Below are positions 1 to 9,288 of a stretch of 64,000 nucleotides of DNA, in pieces. A program made the position numbers and the translations under genes. Source of the DNA: an uncultured Gammaproteobacteria bacterium (GTDB lineage: Bacteria > Pseudomonadota > Gammaproteobacteria > Xanthomonadales > Xanthomonadaceae); assembly GCA_963747445.1 (NCBI GenBank), contig CAVVFI010000007.1:56935-120934 (forward strand), written 5' to 3'. How positions within the stretch are numbered: position 1 is the first letter of the stretch; each line of letters opens with the position of its first letter. The notes beneath the pieces are model-generated. The model searched no databases. It had not been told where the DNA came from and saw only the letters and a list, made by a program, of their open reading frames with translations.

Positions 1-514
1 CGCTGATGCCGACGAGCATGGCGGTGCCGAAATCAGGCTGCAGCAGCACCAGGCCGGTGGGTGCGGCAATGATCACCGCGGTGGCCATGACCACCCGGAA
101 GCGGGGTGGCAGGACCTCGCGATTCAGATACCAGGCGGCCATCATCGGCAGCGTCAATTTGAGCAGTTCGGCGGGCTGGAAGAAGAACACCTTCAGATCG
201 ATCCAGTGGCGCCCGTGCTTGCCGGTGCCGATCACCAACACCAGCAGCAAGGGCAGCAACGTGATCAGGTAGGCCATTGGCGTGGCGTTGCGCAGCCGGT
301 GCGGCGGGATCCTCGACAGGCCCCACATCGCGGCGAAACCCACCGCATAACGCCCGCCCTGCGCGAAGACCAGGTGCATGGATTCGTTACCGGCGCTGTA
401 TAGCACCGCCAAGCCGATCGCCATCAGTGCGAGCAGCGCCAGGCACAACGACCAATCCAGCGTCCGCGTCAGGCGTCCGGCGATCTCCAGCATCCAGCGC
501 AACAGCAGACTCAT
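1..514 (-). CDS. rodA: Rod shape-determining protein RodA (5' part; runs off window start)
   Basis: Not in the ORF track (truncated). Manual translation from ATG at 514 gives MSLLLRWMLEIAGRLTRTLDWSLCLALLALMAIGLAVLYSAG, a hydrophobic SEDS-type sequence, directly downstream of PBP2. Confidence 0.9.
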   Translation of the reverse strand, partial: MSLLLRWMLEIAGRLTRTLDWSLCLALLALMAIGLAVLYSAGNESMHLVFAQGGRYAVGFAAMWGLSRIPPHRLRNATPMAYLITLLPLLLVLVIGTGKHGRHWIDLKVFFFQPAELLKLTLPMMAAWYLNREVLPPRFRVVMATAVIIAAPTGLVLLQPDFGTAMLVGIS

Positions 515-556
515 GACTGCATGCTCATGGCTGCATGCTCATGGCTGCGTGCTCAT
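512..556 (-). repeat. 14-bp tandem repeat (ATGAGCATGCAGCC-like) x3 at the mrdA/rodA junction
   Basis: Minus strand reads ATGAGCACGCAGCC ATGAGCATGCAGCC ATGAGCATGCAGTC ATG. Confidence 0.9.
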
Positions 557-2649
557 GGTTGCACGCCCGGGGCCGGTTTGCCTGGCGCCGCGGGAGCGGG
601 GTCGGCCGCCGCTGCCGTCCGCGACCTGTCCGCGGCGAGCATCGCCGCTGCCGCGGCCTGCGCCGAGCTGCGGACGCCCGAGCGGACGCGGTCGAAATCC
701 GCGACCACGTCGCCGTTGCCGCCGGTCGGCGCCGCCGGTTCGGGCATGGTGCCCAGCAGCCAGGCGTCCATGATCTTGCGCGCGATGGGCGCTGCGGTAC
801 TGGAGCCGAATCCACCATGCTCGACCGACACCGCGACCGCGATCCTGGGGTCGTTGGCGGGGGCATAGGCGATGAACCACGCCTGGTGGCGCAGGGCCAG
901 CGGCAACGCATGCGGATTGACGCTGACATTGCCCTTGCGGCTGACCTTCTGCGCCGTGCCGGTCTTGCCGGCGATGACATAGGGCGCGTTGCGGCCGATC
1001 GCCCAGTAAGCCGTGCCATGGGGATCGGTGGTGGTGCCGATCATGCCTTCGCGGACCGCGGCCAGGTGCGCCGGGCTGTTGCTGACCAGCGTCGCCGGCG
1101 GTTGCGGCAGCGGCTTCCAGGGCGCCTGGTAGCCGTCGCGCCGTTGCTGCACCAGGTGCAACCGGCGCAACCTGCCGTCGTCGGCCAGCGCGGCGGTCGC
1201 CCGCACGAGCTGCAGGATGGTCGCCTTCCAGAAGCCTTGCCCGATACCGGCGATGACGGTTTCACCCGGGTACCAGGGTTCGCGCCGGTTGGCCGCCTTC
1301 CACTGCCTGGACGGCAGGATGCCGCTGCTCTCGCCCACCAGGTCGATCCCGGTCGGCTGGCCGAAGCCGTACTTGCGCATCCACGTATCGACCCGGTCGA
1401 TCCCCATGTCCAGCGCCAGCTTGTAATAGTAGGTGTTGACCGATTCGGTAATCGACTTGCGCAGGTCGGTCCAGCCATGACCACCACTGTGCGAATCTCG
1501 ATATCCACGACTTTGGCCCGGGATATGGAACTCGCCGGTGGACATCGTCCGGTCCGATGGCGTGCGAAAGCCGCTGTCCAGGCCGGCCAGGCCCATGAAG
1601 GGCTTGATCGTCGATCCCGGCGGTCCGCCACCCAGGACGTTGCGGTTGAAAAGCGGCCGTGAAGGATTGTCGATCAGCGCCCTGTAGTTGGCGTGCGAGA
1701 TGCCGTTGACGAACAGGTTGGGGTCGTAGCTGGGCAGGCTGACCATGGCCAGGATCTCGCCGGTCCTGGGATCGACCGCCACGGCGGACCCGTCGAAATC
1801 GCCGAACGCGGCCACCGCCGCGCGCTGCAGGTCCAGGTCGATCGACAACCGCAGGTCCGCGCCCGAGGTCGCCGGTTCGCGCCCGACGGTGCCCAGCGAA
1901 CGGCCTTCCACGTTGGTCTCGACCTGCTCGTAGCCGATCTTGCCGCGCAGGGCATCGTCGTAGTAGCGCTCGATGCCGGTCTTGCCCACATGGGTGAATG
2001 CGCTACCCGACTCGCCCAGCGACTTGAGGTCGTCCTCGTCGACACGGCCGACGTAGCCCACGATATGCGCAAGCAATGCGCCGTACGGATAACGCCGGTT
2101 GAGGTAGGGCACCAGCTCGACACCGGGGAAGCGCCATTGCTCGACCGCAAAGCGCGCGGCCTCGTCGTCGTCGATGCGCAGCTTCAGCGTGACCGGACGG
2201 ATGCCACCGGTGGCCTTGCGCTCTTCGTTGAAACGGGCGATCTCCTCGTCGCTCAAGGCGACGACCCGCGACAACCCTTCGATCAGCTTGCCCGGGTCGC
2301 CCGCGCGATCGGGCTGGACGTCCAGCCGGTATGCCGGGACGTTGTCGGCCAGGACCCTGCCCTTGCGGTCGAGGATCAGTCCACGCCCGGGCAGCACCGG
2401 CCGCAGCTTGATCCGGTTGGCCTGGGAACGGGTCGCGTAGTCGGCATGCTCGAGTACCTGCAGCCGGAAATACCAGGCGCCAAGGCCGCCGAGCACGAGC
2501 ACCACCACCACGAAACCGATCAGTGCGCGCAACCGGAACTGCGCCGCTTCGGCAGCCTGGTTCTTCATCTGGCGCCTTGCCGGCCCGCGCACGGGCGATC
2601 GTTTGAACAGGGCGCGCAGGGGCGAGCGGGACAGGGGCGGATGCGGCAT
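553..2649 (-). CDS. mrdA: Penicillin-binding protein 2 (alternative start at 2568)
   Basis: N-terminal TM helix, SxxK (GSTIKP), SxN (SVN) and KTG (GKTGTAQ) motifs; position in mre operon. Confidence 0.97.
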   Translation of the reverse strand: MPHPPLSRSPLRALFKRSPVRGPARRQMKNQAAEAAQFRLRALIGFVVVVLVLGGLGAWYFRLQVLEHADYATRSQANRIKLRPVLPGRGLILDRKGRVLADNVPAYRLDVQPDRAGDPGKLIEGLSRVVALSDEEIARFNEERKATGGIRPVTLKLRIDDDEAARFAVEQWRFPGVELVPYLNRRYPYGALLAHIVGYVGRVDEDDLKSLGESGSAFTHVGKTGIERYYDDALRGKIGYEQVETNVEGRSLGTVGREPATSGADLRLSIDLDLQRAAVAAFGDFDGSAVAVDPRTGEILAMVSLPSYDPNLFVNGISHANYRALIDNPSRPLFNRNVLGGGPPGSTIKPFMGLAGLDSGFRTPSDRTMSTGEFHIPGQSRGYRDSHSGGHGWTDLRKSITESVNTYYYKLALDMGIDRVDTWMRKYGFGQPTGIDLVGESSGILPSRQWKAANRREPWYPGETVIAGIGQGFWKATILQLVRATAALADDGRLRRLHLVQQRRDGYQAPWKPLPQPPATLVSNSPAHLAAVREGMIGTTTDPHGTAYWAIGRNAPYVIAGKTGTAQKVSRKGNVSVNPHALPLALRHQAWFIAYAPANDPRIAVAVSVEHGGFGSSTAAPIARKIMDAWLLGTMPEPAAPTGGNGDVVADFDRVRSGVRSSAQAAAAAMLAADRSRTAAAADPAPAAPGKPAPGVQP

Positions 2650-2653
2650 CGCT

Positions 2654-3133
2654 TCAGCCCCTGCGCCGCAGCCGCAACGTGTCCAGCAGTACGTACACCG
2701 GCGGCCACAACACCATGCCCAGCGCCGGTGCCCACCAGAACAGCCACGGCAACTGCGGCTCGCCCAGCGCGACGTGCACGACCATCGCGATCACCCGGTC
2801 GTTGAGCAGCAAACCGCCCACCGCCAGCGCCTGTTGCGGCAACGGGAAGAAACGCAGCCGGGTACGGAAGCGCTGCAGGATGTAGGTCATGACCACCAGC
2901 CGCAGCGCCTGCTCACCGAGCAGGCTGCCGAACACCAGGTCGGCCAGCAGCCCCACCAGGAAGGCGAATCCCAGGCCAAGATGGTCAGGCGACTCCAAGA
3001 CCCAGTAGACCACCACCAGCGCCAGCCAATAGGGCCGCAACGGCAACAGCCACGCCGGCAGCGGCAACAAGCCGAGCAGCAGCGCGATGAAGACGCTGAG
3101 CGGCAGCAGCCAGGAGTTGCCTTGGCGGATCAT
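2654..3133 (-). CDS. mreD: Rod shape-determining protein MreD
   Basis: 159-aa hydrophobic protein between mreC and mrdA. Confidence 0.95.
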   Translation of the reverse strand: MIRQGNSWLLPLSVFIALLLGLLPLPAWLLPLRPYWLALVVVYWVLESPDHLGLGFAFLVGLLADLVFGSLLGEQALRLVVMTYILQRFRTRLRFFPLPQQALAVGGLLLNDRVIAMVVHVALGEPQLPWLFWWAPALGMVLWPPVYVLLDTLRLRRRG

Positions 3134-3143
3134 GGCCGTACCC

Positions 3144-3174
3144 GGGGACTGGGGACCGGGGACCGGGGACCGGG
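3144..3174. repeat. Heptamer tandem repeat (GGGGACC)n; inverted partner at 3275-3301
   Basis: ggggact ggggacc ggggacc ggggacc ggg. Confidence 0.9.
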
Positions 3175-3175
3175 C

Positions 3176-4141
3176 TCAGATGCCGACCTGGCTGGTTGAC
3201 GTTGCGATGGCTGGCCAGCGGGCGCTGAACTCGAGGTCGAGGGTGCCGTTTCCTGACTGGGTTCCGCCCGTTTGCCCGGTCCCCGGTCCCCGGTCCCCGG
3301 TCGTTACCTGCTGCCGCAACAACAACACGTCGCGCCCGCGATCCAGCCGCGCCGCCGGCACCAGGTCGCCGACCAGGAAGGCACGGCTGTCGTCCGGCCG
3401 CAACGCCGTGATCCTTCCCACCGGGAACCCGGCAGGAAAGCGCCCGCCCAGCCCGGAGGTGATGATCTCGTCGCCAACACCGACATCGCCCGACAGCGGG
3501 ATATTGGCCAGAGACAACAGGTCGCTGCGTCCCTTGCCATAGGCGATCAGGCGCACGCCGTTGCGCGCGACCATCACCGGTACCGCATGGTCCGGATCTG
3601 TCAGCAGCAATACCGTGGCGGTACCCGGCTTGACCGAGGTGATCTGCCCCAGCAGTCCGCCGGCATCGATCACGCTCTGGCCCACCTGGACGCCGTCACG
3701 GCTCCCGGCATCGAGTACCAGCCGCTGCCGGGTCGGATCCAGGTCGATATCCAGGATCGGTGCCAGTTGCACGTCCAGTCCACCGCGGCTGGTCGCACCC
3801 AGCAAGCCGCGAAGGCGCGCGTTTTCCGACGCGGCCACCTGCAATCGCGAGAGCCGCGCGCCACTGATCAGCAATGCGTTGCGCAGCGCCTTGTTCTCGT
3901 CGGCCAGGCGTGCGCGGGTTGCAGTGCCTTCCCGCATGCCTTCGCCGATCCGGCCCGGCAGGCCTGCCAGCCACCACAGCGGCTGCACCACGAGCTCGCT
4001 GCGCGTGCGTACCTGCGCAAGCCAGCCTCCGCGATGGTCGAGCACGATCAGCGCGACGGCCAGCGCCAGGTAAGCCAGCAACCGCAAGGTGCCGGCGATG
4101 TCACCGGGACGGGGAGCGGAAGGGTGGGCGTAGGTGGGCAC
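3176..4141 (-). CDS. mreC: Rod shape-determining protein MreC
   Basis: N-terminal TM, coiled coil (ENARLRGLL) and SGLGGRFPAGFPVG motif; GTG start. Confidence 0.95.
   Translation of the reverse strand: MPTYAHPSAPRPGDIAGTLRLLAYLALAVALIVLDHRGGWLAQVRTRSELVVQPLWWLAGLPGRIGEGMREGTATRARLADENKALRNALLISGARLSRLQVAASENARLRGLLGATSRGGLDVQLAPILDIDLDPTRQRLVLDAGSRDGVQVGQSVIDAGGLLGQITSVKPGTATVLLLTDPDHAVPVMVARNGVRLIAYGKGRSDLLSLANIPLSGDVGVGDEIITSGLGGRFPAGFPVGRITALRPDDSRAFLVGDLVPAARLDRGRDVLLLRQQVTTGDRGPGTGQTGGTQSGNGTLDLEFSARWPAIATSTSQVGI
3275..3301. repeat. Heptamer tandem repeat (CCCCGGT)n inside the mreC 3' end
   Basis: cccggt ccccggt ccccggt ccccggt; reverse complement of 3144-3174. Confidence 0.9.
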
Positions 4142-4151
4142 GTCAGGAGCC

Positions 4152-4304
4152 GTGATTGGTGATTGGCGATTGGTGATTGGAAACGGCCAAAGCGTTCCGC
4201 GCCTGGTTGCCGTCCATGGGCCCGGCGACCGTCGGCAGCCGTTTGCATCGATGCGTCGAACGCAATTTACGAATCACGAATCACCAATCACGCATCACCA
4301 ATCA
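4152..4304. repeat. Inverted pair of heptamer arrays, (GTGATTG)4 at 4152-4180 and (CCAATCA/CGAATCA)5 at 4270-4304, in the mreB-mreC spacer
   Basis: Read directly from the sequence. Confidence 0.9.
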
Positions 4305-4309
4305 AGGCA

Positions 4310-5587
<1,278 letters not shown>

Positions 5588-5721
5588 TTATTGTCGCGTC
5601 GTGCGGCAACTGGCCCGGACGGGTGAAGTGCCGCTACCCTATCCCACCGGCGGGCCCTGCCCGGCCCCCCCGCGACACCCTTCCAGCCCGCCGGTCGCGA
5701 CCGGCACCAAGAGGTTTGCCC

Positions 5722-6654
5722 ATGCCTGCGCTGATCTGCGGTTCCCTGGCCTTCGACACGATCATGGTGTTCCAGGACCAGTTCAAGAACCACATCCTCC
5801 CGGACAAGGTCCATATCCTCAACGTGTCGTTCCTGGTACCGGCGATGCGACGCGAGTTCGGCGGCTGCGCCGGCAACATCGCCTACAACCTCAAGCTGCT
5901 GGGCGAGGATCCGATCCCCATGGCCACCGTCGGCCAGGATTTCGCGCCCTACCGCGAGTGGTTCGAGTCGCTGGGCATCCGCCTGGACCAGGTCCGCGAG
6001 CTGCCGGACCTGTTCACCGCGCAGGCGTTCATGACCACCGACCTGGACAACAACCAGATCACCGCCTTCCACCCGGGCGCGATGATGGAAAGCCACAAGA
6101 ACCATGTCCGTGACGTCGACGGCATCGACTTCGGCATCGTCGCGCCCGACGGGCGCGAGGCGATGTTGCAGAACGCGACCGAGTTCGCCGAGCTGGGCAT
6201 CCCCTTCATCTTCGATCCCGGCCAGGCGATGCCGCTGTTCAACGGCGACGAGTTCCGCCACTTCATCGAGCAGGCCGATTACGTCGTCGTCAACGATTAC
6301 GAATCCAACCTGCTGCAGCAACGCACCGGCTGGGATGCGGCAACCATCGCCGGCAAGGTGCGCGCCTACATCACCACGCAGGGACCGCGCGGCTCGGTGA
6401 TCCATGCCGGCGGGGAACAAATCGACATCCCGCCGGCCAACGAGCGCAGCATCGTCGACCCCACCGGTTGCGGCGACGCCTACCGCGCCGGCCTCATCCA
6501 CGGGCTCACGCACGGCAAGGACCTCCCGACCAGCGGCCGCATGGCATCGCTGATGGGTGCGCTCAAGGTCGAGCATCCGGGGACGCAGAACCAGAAGTTC
6601 GACTACGCCGAATTCGCGACGCGTTTCAAGGCCGAGTTCGGTTACGCGCTGTAG
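5722..6654 (+). CDS. PfkB/ribokinase-family carbohydrate (nucleoside) kinase
   Basis: GGCAGNIAY and DPTGCGDAYRAG PfkB signatures; RBS-like GAGG before ATG 5722. Confidence 0.92.
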   Translation: MPALICGSLAFDTIMVFQDQFKNHILPDKVHILNVSFLVPAMRREFGGCAGNIAYNLKLLGEDPIPMATVGQDFAPYREWFESLGIRLDQVRELPDLFTAQAFMTTDLDNNQITAFHPGAMMESHKNHVRDVDGIDFGIVAPDGREAMLQNATEFAELGIPFIFDPGQAMPLFNGDEFRHFIEQADYVVVNDYESNLLQQRTGWDAATIAGKVRAYITTQGPRGSVIHAGGEQIDIPPANERSIVDPTGCGDAYRAGLIHGLTHGKDLPTSGRMASLMGALKVEHPGTQNQKFDYAEFATRFKAEFGYAL

Positions 6655-6662
6655 TGCCCTGC

Positions 6663-6822
6663 GCAGGATCGGCTTCGGCCGGGAGCTCTTGAGCTTGCCG
6701 TTGTCGCCTTTGCAGGATCGACGCCAGTCGCGACCGGGATGTGGGAAAAGGCATCGCGACTGACGTCGCTCCTGCTACGGCAAAGACAAGAACAGGGCCT
6801 CGCGGCTGGAGCCGGTCCCCGC
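6663..6822. repeat. Degenerate nested four-REP cassette (same family as 23239 and 24035)
   Basis: Contains decayed copies of GTAGGAGCGGCTTCAGCCGCGAGCT, GTAGGAGCGACGTAAGTCGCGA and their reverse complements in A-B-B'-A' order. Confidence 0.75.
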
Positions 6823-6841
6823 GCACAGCGCAAGCACGCAC

Positions 6842-7309
6842 TCACATCACGTGCGCCAACCACAGCAACTCGGGCTGGGCCAACATCTCGAACTCGTCGT
6901 AGGGCATCTGCACCAGGTCGGTGTGTGAGCCGGCATTGAATGCGATTTCGGACAGGCCGGCCATGCGCGAGTCGACATACACCTGCATGCCGTACAGGTG
7001 CCCGAACGGCGGCATCGCGCCTACTTCGCAATCAGGGAACGCATCCTTGAACTCGTCCTCCTGCGCCAACTCGACGTCGCGCCCGCCCAGTGCGCGCGAC
7101 AGGCGGGTCAGGTCGACGCGATACGCGGCCGGCATGACCATCATCGCCAGCAAGCCATCGACCTTGAGCATCACGGTCTTGGCGAAATGGCGGTTGGTGA
7201 TGTGCGCGGCCTCGGCGGTCTGCTGCGCGGTGACCGTGCGGGAGTGTCTCAGCGTGTGGTAGGGCGCATGGCGCTCGTCCAGGAACTGGTGCAGGCGTGG
7301 AGAAAGCAT
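6842..7309 (-). CDS. YbaK/EbsC-family aminoacyl-tRNA deacylase-like protein
   Basis: AKTV and GAMPPFG motifs; 155 aa from ATG 7309. Confidence 0.88.
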   Translation of the reverse strand: MLSPRLHQFLDERHAPYHTLRHSRTVTAQQTAEAAHITNRHFAKTVMLKVDGLLAMMVMPAAYRVDLTRLSRALGGRDVELAQEDEFKDAFPDCEVGAMPPFGHLYGMQVYVDSRMAGLSEIAFNAGSHTDLVQMPYDEFEMLAQPELLWLAHVM

Positions 7310-7507
7310 GCTCGCCTCCGTTGGCGCGCGCCGGCTTCCGTGCGCGTCGTCGCCGCTGGTGTGCCGTGGCGCCTGCGTCCGGCAACGCGCCATCGCCTGC
7401 AGCCTACTCCGGGCTTGATAAGTTTTCGTGATGCCGTGCGCACCACCGTGGCCGGCGGAGTCCAGGCGCACCCAGGCGCGACACCCGGGACGCCCTGCGG
7501 ACCTGGT

Positions 7508-8302
7508 TCAATCCCAATCGGGCAGCCGCGTGCCGTCCAGGCCGCCGACCTCGAAGGTCGCGCTGCGTTTTCCGCCCGCGCGCTTGCCGGCGGGCTTGAC
7601 CGGAAACTCGATGGTGATCGACCTGGACTTGCGCACCAGCCGCCACAATGCGCGCTCGTCCTCGATGAACATGGCGATTGCTTCGTCGGTCTTCGGCCGC
7701 GAGGCGGCCATCGAAGCGGGCGCGTTGTCATCGGCCGTGACCTTGACCCTGCAACCGCCGTAGCAGTCGAAATCACCGGCCTTGAGCACCAGGTAGCTGC
7801 TTTTGCCCCACGAAGGATGGTCGCGGAAGATCAGGCGCACCGTCTGCGGCGCATCGCCGCCGGTATCGACAGGTTCGCTGGAAAAAATCGACGCCGACAG
7901 CTGCCGGCCTCCCTTGACCGGTTCGCTGTCGTAGCTCCACAAAGCCGCCAGGCGCGCGTCTTCGCGCTCGGCATCGGCCTTGGCCTTGATGGCGTCGTAT
8001 TGCCCGCGCACGCGCCGCGCGGCGTCGCTGTCGGGGTAGTGCGCGATCAACACGTCGGCTTGCGCCCGCGCGAGCGCCCAGTTTTTCTGGGTGACCGCGG
8101 CGTCGAAATCGGCCGCGCCCTGGCTGGCGGCCTGCTCGGTCGCGGCAGCCTGCGCAGCCGCCTGCTCGGCGAGGCGCTGCTTGCGGTCGCAGGCCGGCAG
8201 GGTCGTGACCAGGGCCAGGAGCAGCAGGCCAGTCAATGCATTGCCCATCTTCATCATCGTCCTCGCCTCCATCGCCCTGGTCCTCGTGGTGCCGTGCTTC
8301 AT
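7508..8302 (-). CDS. Hypothetical lipoprotein (alternative starts 8257/8248)
   Basis: Hydrophobic stretch then LPAC lipobox-like motif and Ala-rich helix; ATG 8302 overlaps the upstream stop (ATGA). Confidence 0.75.
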   Translation of the reverse strand: MKHGTTRTRAMEARTMMKMGNALTGLLLLALVTTLPACDRKQRLAEQAAAQAAATEQAASQGAADFDAAVTQKNWALARAQADVLIAHYPDSDAARRVRGQYDAIKAKADAEREDARLAALWSYDSEPVKGGRQLSASIFSSEPVDTGGDAPQTVRLIFRDHPSWGKSSYLVLKAGDFDCYGGCRVKVTADDNAPASMAASRPKTDEAIAMFIEDERALWRLVRKSRSITIEFPVKPAGKRAGGKRSATFEVGGLDGTRLPDWD

Positions 8303-9285
8303 CCCGGATCATGCGCGATCAACGCATCCACCGCCGCGGCCACCGCGCCGGGCTGCTCGACCAGCGACATGTGGCCGCAGTCGTCGAGCAACACCTTGCG
8401 TGCCTGCGGGATGCTGGCCGCAAACAGATCCATCGCGCTGGGATCGATGACGGCATCGTCGCGTCCCCACAACAGCAGGGTGGGATGGGCGATGCGCGCC
8501 GCGGCGTCCCCGGGCGCGAATCGTTCCGGGCCACGACCAATGCTGTCGAGCACCGATTGCTCGAAACCGGCATCGGCGATGCGCTTGTTGATGAATCCCC
8601 GCGATGCCGGCCATGGGATCCATGGCTTGGCGGCGTCGCGATGGAACACGGTGTCCACGTAACGTCGCAGGCTGGCGCGGTCGTCGACCGCGAACGGGTT
8701 GTCCCCGTCCAGCACCTGCCTGCCAAACAGATTGTCCCGGAAGCGTACGCCGGATGCGTCGAGCAAGCCGAGCCGCGCGACGTCGCGAGGATGGCGCGCC
8801 GTCACCAGCGTGGCGATGCCGCCGCCCATCGAATGCCCAAGCAAGATGACGCCATTGTCTTCAACGGCATCGCCATAACGCGCCGCGACGACATCGCCGA
8901 TGAACGCATCCACGCGCTCGGCCTGCGCGCCATAGCCGTAATCGCCGCCCGGCCTGCGCTCGCTCTCGCCCCAACCGGGCAGGTCGGGCACCAACAGCCG
9001 GTACCTTCCGCGCAGGCGTTTGGCCAGCGGATACCAGTTTTCCTTGCTGCCGGTGAACCCATGCAGCATGACCACGACCGGTGCGCCCGCCGGGGCATCA
9101 TCGCAATAGGCATAGGCCCAACGATGGCCGGCGACCTGGATGCTCGCCTTGTGCAGCCCGGCGACCACGCGCTGGCGCTCGAACTGCGCACGCACCAGCA
9201 GATACGGGTCATGGGCGACGGTCGCCCCCGTGACCAGCACGGCGGTGGCCAGGGTGACCGTCGCGAGACGCGTCCGGCGACGCAT
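8299..9285 (-). CDS. Alpha/beta hydrolase (lipase/esterase-like)
   Basis: HGFTG oxyanion motif, GHSMGG nucleophile elbow, CGH catalytic His. Confidence 0.92.
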   Translation of the reverse strand: MRRRTRLATVTLATAVLVTGATVAHDPYLLVRAQFERQRVVAGLHKASIQVAGHRWAYAYCDDAPAGAPVVVMLHGFTGSKENWYPLAKRLRGRYRLLVPDLPGWGESERRPGGDYGYGAQAERVDAFIGDVVAARYGDAVEDNGVILLGHSMGGGIATLVTARHPRDVARLGLLDASGVRFRDNLFGRQVLDGDNPFAVDDRASLRRYVDTVFHRDAAKPWIPWPASRGFINKRIADAGFEQSVLDSIGRGPERFAPGDAAARIAHPTLLLWGRDDAVIDPSAMDLFAASIPQARKVLLDDCGHMSLVEQPGAVAAAVDALIAHDPG

Positions 9286-9288
9286 CGA

